Source: Candidatus Firestoneibacteriota bacterium
GTDB lineage: Bacteria; Oederibacteriota; D2-FULL-39-29; JBDRBU01
DNA: 40,030 bases
NCBI GenBank assembly: GCA_043822305.1
Contig: JBDRBU010000006.1
Span: 1-40,030, forward strand
Reading direction: 5' to 3'
A program made the translations under genes and the position numbers. Shown piece by piece: positions 1 through 8,507 of this stretch (the stretch's first letter is position 1; each line of letters begins with the position of its first letter). The notes below the pieces were generated by a model. The model did no database searches. It saw only the letters and a program-made list of their open reading frames with translations, and was not told the origin of the DNA.

Positions 1-2
1 AC

Positions 3-328
3 ACAATAGATAAGGGTTGTACTCGAATTAACAGTTTAAGTGGGTCTCATGCTGGGTACAATACACAAATAGTAGTTGATGAGAAGCATGGAATAATAGT
101 GAACAGCGATGTAGTAAGTGAGAATAACGATGTTAATCAATTTGCTGAACAAAGTTACCTTTTGGACATATTAAACGGAATTTAGGAATGGATGCATTTC
201 TTCTACGAGGGGTTGAAGGAGTAAAAGCAGAGATATCGTTGTTAGCAAGTTGCTTTGATATAAGGAGGATGATAAGCATAGTAGGAGTTTCAACACTAGT
301 AAAACAGTTAACAAGTTTAAGCAAGTAG
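3..328 (+). mobile_element. IS1182/IS5-type DDE transposase C-terminal remnant, cut by the window edge and split between two frames (frame 3 to the TAG at 183-185, then frame 2 from 188 to 328)
   Basis: Frame-3 translation reads TIDKGCTRINSLSGSHAGYNTQIVVDEKHGIIVNSDVVSENNDVNQFAEQSYLLDILNGI*. Frame-2 translation reads MDAFLLRGVEGVKAEISLLASCFDIRRMISIVGVSTLVKQLTSLSK*. Both segments resemble the conserved C-terminal blocks of IS1182/IS5-family transposases (AGYN.Q..VD..H.II and F.LRGLEKVK.E..L...A.NL.K). The track ORF 133..324(-) is antisense to it. Confidence 0.55.
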
Positions 329-570
329 TAGAAGAGTTGTTCATGACCACTATAAGGTTAAAGAAATGTTTTCTTTTGGTAACTTGAGAGGATAAGGGGC
401 TAAATTTGTGGTTTATATGTTAAAAAATCACTTTTAAAATTTCATTGCGACACAGTCTCAATAACAATGTTCAGTAAGGATTTACCTTTTACTAATACTA
501 AAGGCAGATATCACCTATAAATATTGTTCTTATTTTATTCCCTAATTTTATCAATTTGCCCATATTTTAC

Positions 571-649
571 AATAAAAAAGAGGGTAACCCCCCTTACTAA
601 GTAAAACACTTAATACTGCAAACGATGCAGTCCGTAAAGGTTACCCTCT
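571..649 (-). terminator. Putative intrinsic terminator of the rpmH...mnmE operon: an 11-bp stem (579-589 / 639-649) enclosing two small hairpins, followed on the minus strand by a U-run
   Basis: agagggtaacc (579-589) pairs with ggttaccctct (639-649). The inner hairpins are ctgca-aacga-tgcag (616-630) and ttac-taa-gtaa. The reverse complement of 569-580 is cttttttattgt, directly 3' of the stem on the minus strand. It lies ~135 nt downstream of the mnmE stop. Confidence 0.4.
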
Positions 650-766
650 AATATGAGTATAACACAAAATTTTAATTTGTCAAGCCCCTATCAAAAATTT
701 GTCAAAAATTGTCAAGGCAAAATATAAGTGGAGTTTGCCTATTTCTGTGGATTGATAATATTAATT

Positions 767-778
767 TGACTCTGACCC
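767..778 (-). repeat. GGGTCAGAGTCA motif, copy 1 (minus strand), 4 nt after the mnmE stop
   Basis: Minus-strand reading: TAA-aaag-GGGGTCAGAGTCA-aattaatatt. Compare the copy after dnaN. Confidence 0.45.
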
Positions 779-782
779 CTTT

Positions 783-2168
783 TTATTTCCCAATACAAAA
801 TTGGGTGAATATGGTGTTTAAAATATCTTCGGTTGAGGTTTTGCCTACAATTTCTCCTGTAGAATCAAGAGCGGAGCGTATATCTACTATTATAAATTCT
901 TCGGACATTTTGTTATCTATTGAATCAATAGCGGATTTTATGCTTTCTTTGGCTTCTTGAAGCAGGATTTTGTGCCGGACATTCGTAATAAGTACTTCTC
1001 CCTCTTCTCTTCTTCCTTTTTCTAAGACAATATTTGCCATGCTTCTCTTTAAATCCTCTATGCCTATTTTTTTTAATAATGAAATTTTTAATATTTTTTC
1101 TTTAGAAAAGATTTTTTTAATATCCTCTTCATTTACTTTTAATGGTAAATCTATTTTATTTATTATTATAATAATTTTTTTGTTTTTTATTTCATCGGCT
1201 AGACTATAATCTTCACTTGATAAGTCTTGTGAACCGTCTAATATAAATAAAACTAAATCTGCTTTTTCAAGCGAACTAAATGCCTTCTCTATCCCTTTCT
1301 TTTCTACAAAATCATCTGATTTTCTTATGCCAGCCGTATCAACCAAGACAAAAGGAATACCTTCTATATTGATGGATTCTTCTATAACATCTCTTGTGGT
1401 TCCAGGGATATGTGTCACAATTGCTCTTTCTTCTTCAAGAAGTTCGTTAAGTAAACTTGATTTCCCTACATTCGGTTTACCAGTAATGACCGTCTTAACC
1501 CCTTCTCTTAAAATTTTCCCTTCATCAAAAGTTTTAAGTAACTTATCTATACTTTCTGAAATCTTTTTAAGAGAATTCTTCACCCCTTCCATATTTGTCA
1601 CTTCTATTTCTTCTTCTGGAAATTCTATATTTGCTTCGATTAAAACACAGATATTTTTTAATTCATTATTTATATTATTTATCTTTTCTGATAATCTCCC
1701 CTTAAGTTGATTTATGGCTGCTTTTAAACTTTCTTCTGTTTTTGCTTTTATTATATCCATGACTGCTTCTGCTTGGGTTAAATCAATCCGTCCATTTAAA
1801 AATGCTCTTTTTGTAAACTCACCAGGCTCGGCTAATTTAGCCCCAGCTGAGATACATAATTCTAAAACTTTTTTAAGCGGGATGATTCCACCATGACAGT
1901 TTATCTCAACAACATCTTCTCTTGTATAAGTTTTTGGTGCTTTCATCACCGAGACAATAACTTCATCTATGGTTAGATTATTTACTGGATGGACAATATA
2001 ACCGAAATGTACAGAAAATGTAGGGACAGTAGATAGGTTTTTACCGCTTTTGGGTTTAAAAACTTTGCTGACTATGTCCAATGAATTCTTACCGGAAAGT
2101 CGAACTATCCCTATTCCGCTTTCTCCCAGAGGGGTAGAAATCGCAACTATAGTTTCTTCTTCTTTCAT
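783..2168 (-). CDS. mnmE: tRNA modification GTPase MnmE (TrmE)
   Basis: 461 aa. G1 motif GKPNVGKSSLLN, DTAGIR, and the C-terminal CIGK tetrapeptide typical of MnmE. Last gene of the rpmH operon. Confidence 0.95.
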   Translation of the reverse strand: MKEEETIVAISTPLGESGIGIVRLSGKNSLDIVSKVFKPKSGKNLSTVPTFSVHFGYIVHPVNNLTIDEVIVSVMKAPKTYTREDVVEINCHGGIIPLKKVLELCISAGAKLAEPGEFTKRAFLNGRIDLTQAEAVMDIIKAKTEESLKAAINQLKGRLSEKINNINNELKNICVLIEANIEFPEEEIEVTNMEGVKNSLKKISESIDKLLKTFDEGKILREGVKTVITGKPNVGKSSLLNELLEEERAIVTHIPGTTRDVIEESINIEGIPFVLVDTAGIRKSDDFVEKKGIEKAFSSLEKADLVLFILDGSQDLSSEDYSLADEIKNKKIIIIINKIDLPLKVNEEDIKKIFSKEKILKISLLKKIGIEDLKRSMANIVLEKGRREEGEVLITNVRHKILLQEAKESIKSAIDSIDNKMSEEFIIVDIRSALDSTGEIVGKTSTEDILNTIFTQFCIGK

Positions 2169-2204
2169 TTTTAATGATTTTTGGCAGGGGTTAAAGACCC
2201 TGCA

Positions 2205-4130
2205 CTACTTTTCTAATCTGATTTGAATTCTATTTGAAATCAATGGTGTTTCTATCCAGCCATTTTCATATCCACTTAAAGGATTACCACCGATGTATGA
2301 TAAAATTATTTCGTACTCCCCCTCAATATTGCTCTCATACTCTTTTAATAAAGAAATATCCGCTTCCAATGATTTATTCGGTTCTATTTCAAAGACATTA
2401 TTAGTTAATATTTCCTGTGGAGTTTCTCTTGAAAAATTTGTTTTTAACCTTTTTATTAGAATTCCATTATTCATTACTATTAAATCAAATCCTAAACTTC
2501 CTTCTGCATCATTTAAAACATAAACATTAGACTCTAAATTATTTTGCAAAATAATTTTAAGGTTAATCTCTTCACCTATTTTATAAACATTTTTTTTTGT
2601 TTTTATTTCTACAATTAAATTCTCCTCTCTAATTTCTTCTTTTAAATTAAGCGCCAATTCTTCTTCTTTTATTCTCTCTTTACACAATGATGCTTCTTCG
2701 TCTAATTTTATCTCCCATTCTTTTGTATTAATTAATTTTGTTAATACCTCCTCTGCGTTCTTGTACTCTTCTATCTTTTTATAAAATGTATATAAATACC
2801 ATAATTTCTTGCATGTTAGTTCATCACTATCTTTTAATTTTTTCTGGATGATTTCTATTAAAGGCAAATATGCGATTATTGTCGATATATCCCTTATTGG
2901 ATTAATTTCCCTTGCCTCAGCAAACCTTCCCAGATTGGACAGGCAATCTGAAAGTATTTTAATGTATTCTTTATCATAACCTTCTGCGTAGTCTTCATAA
3001 AACCTTAAATAATTTAATGCTTTTTCATAATCATTTAACCCGTAGGCAAAAAACCCTGCTATCTTTTTGTAGGTATCTTCTTCCCTTTTTATTAAAAGTA
3101 AGTTTTGAATTTTTTCAATGTACTCCAAATAATTTTTTTTGTCAGGGCCCGTTATAATCTCATATTCTAAAATATTTTCCTCTTTTCTTTCTATTAAATC
3201 TATTATTAAATTTGCCACATCAGAATTAACTGGCTCATTTAATAAAATATCAATTAATCTATCCGGCTTAATTTCATTTAAAGACTCTAAACAAATAAAA
3301 AATAACGACGACTCTTTTAATTGGGCTTCTATTACAGGGAGCACCCTTTCATCCTGTAATTTAGATAACGATTTTATAAAAAATCCTAAAATTTTATTAT
3401 CATCTTTTGATTTTATCATTTGTAATTCCTGCCAGATGATATCTTTTGCCGTAGGATATTTTGAGAGATCTAAAACTAAATACTCACAAAAATAATCTTG
3501 TTTCTTGAATGCTTTTTCTTTCATTGTTTCAACTAATTTTTTTATTTTTTCTTCATCGCTTTGTAAGTTTTTAATTTCTTCTTTAATCTTTATAAGTTCT
3601 ATCGCTTCCCGAGCGGCTATCCTTACCGGATAAACATCTTTTCTTAGTGTATATTTATCGTACAATAAAGAGGTTAATTTTGGGATGATTTTAGTATCCC
3701 CAATGTTCCCTAATAATCTTGCCGAAAGAAGTTTAACCTCTGAACTAACATCCTTAAGAGAAAGAACCAGGGCATTAATAATTTTTATATCGGGGTTTAA
3801 TTTTTCAAACGATTTAATTATATGCACTTTTAAATAGCCATTTCTTAATTCTTTAAGTAAAATAATTAAATGGTCTATCCCTTTTTCTCTTAGGATTATT
3901 AATTTCTCTAAATCATCGGATGTTTCTTGGATAGAAAATAACGCTTCCGGAAACTCACCTACTTCTTTATCATCTTTAAGAATATTAAAAACTAAATTCT
4001 CGCAGTATGTTTTTATTCTCTCGTCTTGTTCGGTAACTTCTTCTGAAATCTTTTCTACTTGAGGGGCGATAATAAGTGGTTCGGCTAAGATTGTAGAAGA
4101 AAAAACTATCCAGAGAAGTTTTTTTACCAT
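2205..4130 (-). CDS. Secreted HEAT/PBS-lyase-like and TPR-like repeat protein of unknown function
   Basis: 641 aa. N-terminal signal peptide MVKKLLWIVFSSTILA. HEAT-like repeats (LLGNIGDTKIIPKLTSLLYD..VRIAAREAIELIK). TPR-like segment (YEKALNYLRFYEDYAEGYD). Beta-rich C-terminus. Two nt separate it from the yidC stop. Confidence 0.6.
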   Translation of the reverse strand: MVKKLLWIVFSSTILAEPLIIAPQVEKISEEVTEQDERIKTYCENLVFNILKDDKEVGEFPEALFSIQETSDDLEKLIILREKGIDHLIILLKELRNGYLKVHIIKSFEKLNPDIKIINALVLSLKDVSSEVKLLSARLLGNIGDTKIIPKLTSLLYDKYTLRKDVYPVRIAAREAIELIKIKEEIKNLQSDEEKIKKLVETMKEKAFKKQDYFCEYLVLDLSKYPTAKDIIWQELQMIKSKDDNKILGFFIKSLSKLQDERVLPVIEAQLKESSLFFICLESLNEIKPDRLIDILLNEPVNSDVANLIIDLIERKEENILEYEIITGPDKKNYLEYIEKIQNLLLIKREEDTYKKIAGFFAYGLNDYEKALNYLRFYEDYAEGYDKEYIKILSDCLSNLGRFAEAREINPIRDISTIIAYLPLIEIIQKKLKDSDELTCKKLWYLYTFYKKIEEYKNAEEVLTKLINTKEWEIKLDEEASLCKERIKEEELALNLKEEIREENLIVEIKTKKNVYKIGEEINLKIILQNNLESNVYVLNDAEGSLGFDLIVMNNGILIKRLKTNFSRETPQEILTNNVFEIEPNKSLEADISLLKEYESNIEGEYEIILSYIGGNPLSGYENGWIETPLISNRIQIRLEK

Positions 4131-4132
4131 AC

Positions 4133-5791
4133 TTAAGTAGTTGCTGGAACAGGTGTTTTATTTATAATATACTGCTGAACTACTGATAGAATATTTTGAA
4201 CAACCCAGTAAAGCAAAACTCCTGCCGGTAAAGAAGCAAACAAGAAAGTAAAAACAAAAGGTAGTATTAACATTATTTTAGCTTGTTGCTGGTCTGTGGT
4301 TGGAGTCATTTTTTGCTGGATGAACATAGTTATACCCATAAGTATGGCTAAAATATAATACGGATCTTTTAATGAAAGATCTTTTATCCAGAACATAAAA
4401 GGAGCTCCTTTTAATTCTATGGCATTTATTAAGATCATATAAAGTGCAAAAAATATTGGCATTTGAAGTAATAGCGGTAAACATCCTCCAAGCGGGTTAA
4501 TCTTTTTCTCTTTATACAATTTCATCATCTCTTCATTCATCTTGGGCATATCATTTTTATGTCTTTCTTTAATGGTCTTAATATGTGGTTGTAATTCTTG
4601 CATTCTTTTTAAAGATTTATAACTAGCTTGCGTTGGCCACCATAAAATAATTTTTGTTAAGATAGTTAAAAATATTATGGCCATCCCGTAGTTGTGAAAT
4701 ATATTATAAAAGAATTTTAATATAACCAGCAAAAGTAATCCAAGCCATCCAAACCATCCAAAATCTAATGTTTTGTAAAGAAATGGATCCGCTCGTTTTA
4801 ACTGCTCAATTAATAGTGGCCCGGCATAAAAACTAAACTTAAAAGATTTTTCTTCTGCCCCGTTAAAATCGGGCAAGATAAACCCGCAGGCTGGCATTTC
4901 ATAGGCTAATATATTATTGGATATTTCGTCCGTTTCCGCTTCAAATTTAAGTGTTTGGACAAATCCTTTAAATTTACTTTCCTGTTTTGTTATAAAGACA
5001 AAGATAAAGTATTTATCTTTAATACCAACCCAGTTAAAGGTATCATCACTTATAACTTTTTCCTCTCCCTCTTTTAATTTATTATTAATAACTTTATCAT
5101 TTACATATGCAATATTAGTTATCGTGCCTAATTTCTCATATATCAACTTTACTGTCTCTTTTTTAACTTTAATATCTTTTGAGGATGGGATATAATTATT
5201 AATACCGGTTCCCAGATAAACTTTTGTATTCTGAATTAGTTTCTTATCCTTATCTAAGTTTTTTATGCTGATTTCACAGTCTGCCTTAAAACCACTCGGC
5301 GAAAATGTATATATTTTCTTAATAGCGACATTATTCTTCTCATCCCCTGTGAATTCTATGGCTAAATCGCTCTTTTTATAACTATAGATAAGATTATCGT
5401 TAAAATTATTAGATGGGATTTCGACCGTACAGGATGATGAATTCTGCTCATTATGCCAGATAATATCAATGTTTTTCCCGTCTTCTTTGTAGTCTTTCAA
5501 GCCCCAACTCTTTATTATGGCGCCTCTTGTGTCAAATTTTACAATTACATCTTTTGTCTCTAATGTTACTTCTTCTCCTACCAACTTCATCTTTTTTCCC
5601 TTTGGGATTTCTTTTTTAACTTCTACAACTTGTTTTTCTTTTATTATTTGTTCCTGAGGTTTTAATTCTTTTTCTTTCTCAACAACTTCCATTGTTCTAT
5701 GTATTGGCTTTTGATTTTTGGCTGACTGCATATTAAAGACAAAAAGAACTACCATTGAAAGCACTATAGCTAAAATTAATCTTTTTTCCAT
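4133..5791 (-). CDS. yidC: Membrane protein insertase YidC
   Basis: 552 aa. Conserved YidC core: MPKMNEEMMKLYKEKKINPLGGCLPLLLQMPIFFALY, with N-terminal TM plus periplasmic domain. Confidence 0.95.
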   Translation of the reverse strand: MEKRLILAIVLSMVVLFVFNMQSAKNQKPIHRTMEVVEKEKELKPQEQIIKEKQVVEVKKEIPKGKKMKLVGEEVTLETKDVIVKFDTRGAIIKSWGLKDYKEDGKNIDIIWHNEQNSSSCTVEIPSNNFNDNLIYSYKKSDLAIEFTGDEKNNVAIKKIYTFSPSGFKADCEISIKNLDKDKKLIQNTKVYLGTGINNYIPSSKDIKVKKETVKLIYEKLGTITNIAYVNDKVINNKLKEGEEKVISDDTFNWVGIKDKYFIFVFITKQESKFKGFVQTLKFEAETDEISNNILAYEMPACGFILPDFNGAEEKSFKFSFYAGPLLIEQLKRADPFLYKTLDFGWFGWLGLLLLVILKFFYNIFHNYGMAIIFLTILTKIILWWPTQASYKSLKRMQELQPHIKTIKERHKNDMPKMNEEMMKLYKEKKINPLGGCLPLLLQMPIFFALYMILINAIELKGAPFMFWIKDLSLKDPYYILAILMGITMFIQQKMTPTTDQQQAKIMLILPFVFTFLFASLPAGVLLYWVVQNILSVVQQYIINKTPVPATT

Positions 5792-5795
5792 TTTC

Positions 5796-6014
5796 TCACT
5801 CCTTTTCCTCTACGGGATTATATCCCCCCGGATTTAACGGATGGCATCTTAAGATTCTTTTTAAAGACATCCAACTCCCTTTCAATACTCCAAACTTATA
5901 AATTGAAGTAAGAGCATATTCAGAACATGTAGGATAAAACCTGCATGAAGACATTAAAAACGGTGAAATTAATTTTTTATAAAGTTTTATAAAAAAAATT
6001 ATTATATATTTCAT
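5796..6014 (-). CDS. yidD: Membrane protein insertion efficiency factor YidD
   Basis: [57 protein letters not shown] matches the YidD family. The ATG at 6014 overlaps the rnpA TGA stop as ATGA. The track ORF extends to 6026. Confidence 0.85.
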   Translation of the reverse strand: MKYIIIFFIKLYKKLISPFLMSSCRFYPTCSEYALTSIYKFGVLKGSWMSLKRILRCHPLNPGGYNPVEEKE

Positions 6015-6328
6015 ATTGATATGCATTTAAGTTGCTCTAAAATTATTTTTTGAAGTTCTTGATATTTTAAATTTAAAGTTCTGGTTGATGTTAGGATTAT
6101 AATATTTCTCCCTTTTTTTATTTCTCCTGCATTTGATCTAATAATTGCCCTGATTCTTCTTTTTATCTTATTTCTTTCATGAGATTCGCTCTTCCCGACC
6201 AGAGCCACACCAAATTTCAACAAAGCATCTTTTCTTTCTTGAACGAGTATAGTTATCTGTTTCCCTTTGTATCTCAAACCTTCAGAAAAAATTTTTTTTA
6301 TTTCATTTCTTTTTAAGGAATCAAACAT
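6011..6328 (-). CDS. rnpA: Ribonuclease P protein component RnpA
   Basis: 105 aa, basic. [28 protein letters not shown] resembles the RnpA RNR motif region. Conserved position between rpmH and yidD. Confidence 0.85.
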   Translation of the reverse strand: MFDSLKRNEIKKIFSEGLRYKGKQITILVQERKDALLKFGVALVGKSESHERNKIKRRIRAIIRSNAGEIKKGRNIIILTSTRTLNLKYQELQKIILEQLKCISI

Positions 6329-6450
6329 TTTCTTTTTTTTGCTCTTCTTCTTTGTAAAACTCTTCGGCCATCCTTGGTTCTTATCCTTTTTAAAAATCCG
6401 TGCGTCCTTTTTCTTTTCCTGACATGCGGTTGAAATGTTCTTTTGGGCAT
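6313..6450 (-). CDS. rpmH: 50S ribosomal protein L34
   Basis: Not in the ORF track (45 aa). Minus-strand translation reads [45 protein letters not shown], matching the L34 consensus MKRTFQPS..KR.R.HGFR.RM.T..GR.VL.RRRAKGR. SD ggaggt lies upstream. Confidence 0.85.
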   Translation of the reverse strand: MPKRTFQPHVRKRKRTHGFLKRIRTKDGRRVLQRRRAKKRKCLIP

Positions 6451-6594
6451 TTTACCTCCGTTTAAAATTTATAGTCTGGTTACTTTCGTAACCAACTATT
6501 CCTGATATTATTTATTTACATTATAGAAAGTCATTGATATTTTCTTTTGAAGATGTTATTATAACCTAATAAATTTCTTTTGTCAAATTTTATC

Positions 6595-6623
6595 TTGACA
6601 ATTTAATTTATTAGTATTATTAT
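6595..6623 (+). promoter_or_regulatory. Near-consensus sigma-70-type promoter (TTGACA-17 nt-TATTAT), reading towards dnaA
   Basis: TTGACA at 6595-6600, a 17-nt spacer, TATTAT at 6618-6623. The -35 element is also the right arm of the inverted repeat ttgtcaa(6580-6586)/ttgacaa(6595-6601). Confidence 0.35.
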
Positions 6624-6677
6624 TTAGTAAAGTATTTTTTTTGTCATGGCGAGCCCTGTACCGGTAAATAGTCAGTG

Positions 6678-6736
6678 AAAGCCGTGAGGATTGTATTCCC
6701 CCTTTGTTAAGGGGGAATTAAAAAATAGACGGCTTT
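6678..6736 (+). other. Nested inverted-repeat structure (candidate small RNA or leader element) between rpmH and dnaA
   Basis: Outer stem aaagccgt (6678-6685) / acggcttt (6729-6736). Inner perfect 10-bp hairpin attccccctt-tgtt-aagggggaat (6695-6718). A T-run (ttttatt) follows the outer stem. It lies ~50-110 nt downstream of the predicted promoter. Confidence 0.3.
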
Positions 6737-6803
6737 TATTAAATATTTACCATTATACTATATATTGTAGAGAGATACACTTATTAACACTATAAATTGT
6801 GGT

Positions 6804-6812
6804 TGTGGATAA
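6804..6812. promoter_or_regulatory. Perfect DnaA box (TGTGGATAA, the reverse complement of TTATCCACA) upstream of dnaA
   Basis: Exact 9-mer. TTATTAACA lies at 6782-6790 just upstream. Confidence 0.6.
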
Positions 6813-6870
6813 CTCATAAAAACTCTTATAAAATAAAGAGTTTTATAGATATTAACACTGTTGATAAGTT

Positions 6871-6879
6871 TGTGGATAA
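6871..6879. promoter_or_regulatory. Perfect DnaA box (TGTGGATAA), 17 nt upstream of the dnaA start codon
   Basis: Exact 9-mer inside the N-terminal extension of the track ORF 6797. Supports 6896 as the true dnaA start. Confidence 0.6.
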
Positions 6880-6895
6880 AGTCATAAGGAAAGCC

Positions 6896-8251
6896 ATGGA
6901 TAGTATTTCAATTTGGAACATATTGCTTGATGAACTAAAGAAAACAGTTAACAAACATAGTTTTGCTACCTGGTTTACTCCCACAAAATTCATATCTTAT
7001 AATGATAATGTTGTAACGATTGAGGTACAAAATAATTTTTCGAAAGAATGGTTAGAGAAAAATTACCTTTCAATTATTGAAGAGACTTTAAAAACATTAG
7101 AGAATAAAGACATAAAAGTGTCTTTTATTGTTTCAGAAAATCAATTTTTGCCAATAACAACCCCTGTCCACACTCAAAGCTTGGAAAATCAAAACCAAGC
7201 ACCCGATAACAGTACGATCATAGGTTCTCCTTTAAACCCAAAATATATTTTTGAAAACTTTATAGTCGGGGATAGTAACAGATTTGCAAATGGAGCCTGT
7301 GTTTCCGTAGCAAAATCTCCTGCAAAATCTTACAATCCTGTGTTTATCTATGGTGGAGTAGGGCTGGGGAAAACACATTTACTACACGCCATAGGTAATT
7401 TTATAAAAAAAGAAGTTCCTGCTTCAAAAATTGCTTATCTTTCTTCGGAACAATTTTTAAATGAGATGATAAGTGCCTTAGTAGCCGGTAAGATGAAAAT
7501 AGAAGATTTTAGGAATAAATACCGTTTGGTAGATGTTTTATTAATAGACGATATACAATTTTTAGAAGGTAAGGAAATGATGCAGGAAGAATTTTTTCAT
7601 ACTTTTAATGTTTTATATGATGCCAATAAACAAATTGTGGCCACATGTGATAGCAAACCTCAGGAGCTTAAAATAGAAGAAAGGTTAAAATCAAGATTTG
7701 AAATGGGTTTAATAGCAGATATAATACCGCCCGATCTTGAAACAAGAGTGGCCATTCTTAAAAAGAAAGGGGAAGGTGAAAAAATTTTTCTAACCAATGA
7801 TATTTGCTTATTTATTGCAAATCTAATTAATGATGATGTAAGGAAATTGGAAGGTTGTTTAACAAAATTAATTGCATATGCTTCAATCACAAAATCAAAA
7901 ATTTCTTTAGATTTAGCCAAAGAATGTTTAAAAGAAATATTTACTATAACTCCAGAGAAAAAGGCAACCGTAGAAAGCATAAAAGACGCTGTAGTTAAAT
8001 ATTACAAGTTAAGGCCTTTGGATATGGCTACCAAAAAAAGAACTCAACCGGCAGCATTTGCCAGACAGGTGGCCATGTATATTACCAGAGAACTTACAGA
8101 TATGAGTTTACCGGAGATAGGACAAAATTTTGGCGGAAGAGATCATTCAACAGTCATACATGCATATGAAACAATAAACAATAAAAAAGAAACGGATTTA
8201 GTTTTTAGTGAAGAATTAAAAAATATTATTACTTTAATAAATAAAAGTTAA
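6896..8251 (+). CDS. dnaA: Chromosomal replication initiator protein DnaA
   Basis: N-terminus MDSISIWNILLDELKK..FATWFTPTKF is DnaA-like. AAA+ Walker A GGVGLGKTHLLHAIGN. C-terminal DNA-binding domain. Start moved from the track's 6797 to 6896 because the extension covers the DnaA boxes. Confidence 0.93.
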   Translation: MDSISIWNILLDELKKTVNKHSFATWFTPTKFISYNDNVVTIEVQNNFSKEWLEKNYLSIIEETLKTLENKDIKVSFIVSENQFLPITTPVHTQSLENQNQAPDNSTIIGSPLNPKYIFENFIVGDSNRFANGACVSVAKSPAKSYNPVFIYGGVGLGKTHLLHAIGNFIKKEVPASKIAYLSSEQFLNEMISALVAGKMKIEDFRNKYRLVDVLLIDDIQFLEGKEMMQEEFFHTFNVLYDANKQIVATCDSKPQELKIEERLKSRFEMGLIADIIPPDLETRVAILKKKGEGEKIFLTNDICLFIANLINDDVRKLEGCLTKLIAYASITKSKISLDLAKECLKEIFTITPEKKATVESIKDAVVKYYKLRPLDMATKKRTQPAAFARQVAMYITRELTDMSLPEIGQNFGGRDHSTVIHAYETINNKKETDLVFSEELKNIITLINKS

Positions 8252-8267
8252 CACTATTATAAACATT

Positions 8268-8428
8268 TTATTAACACAATCTTTTTTTTAACTTATTAAC
8301 AATCTCCACAGGTAAATAACATTTTATTAACATATTTATTAACAAGAATATATATATATATTTCTATTGTTTTTAGTCTTATCAACATGCTACCGGACTA
8401 TAATAATAATAATAATATTTATATATTG
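8268..8428. promoter_or_regulatory. Putative oriC core: cluster of five same-orientation DnaA-box-like 9-mers TTAT(T/C)AACA plus an AT-rich DNA-unwinding element
   Basis: TTATTAACA at 8268, 8293, 8324 and 8336; TTATCAACA at 8379. (AT)7 at 8349-8362 and (ATA)n at 8401-8428. Canonical dnaA-dnaN intergenic location. Confidence 0.6.
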
Positions 8429-8507
8429 ATTTAGTAAAAGTAATTAAGTATAATATAAATGTGATAGCCTAATTTATTAGGCTAATTTATTAGAGGAGGA
8501 AATGTTT

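Noticed and set aside
133-324. 63-aa minus-strand ORF at the window start
   Set aside because: It is antisense to the transposase remnant, whose two frames show clear family similarity.
970-1896. Plus-strand ORFs 970..1209, 1327..1710 and 1714..1896 inside mnmE
   Set aside because: They are antisense to a high-confidence conserved gene, their composition is low-complexity, and they have no ribosome-binding sites.
6650-6740. Possible tRNA or known housekeeping ncRNA (SRP, 6S, tmRNA, RNase P) in the rpmH-dnaA gap
   Set aside because: There is no T-loop (GGTTCGANTCC-like) or D-loop signature and no cloverleaf. It has no SRP GGAA or AGGAAGCAGCC motifs, and its length and structure do not match the others. 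It is kept only as an unclassified structured element.
6797-6895. 33-codon N-terminal extension of dnaA (MWLWITHKNSY...) given by the ORF track
   Set aside because: The extension overlaps two perfect DnaA boxes and a TTATTAACA box. The conserved DnaA N-terminus (MDSISIWN...) begins at the ATG at 6896.
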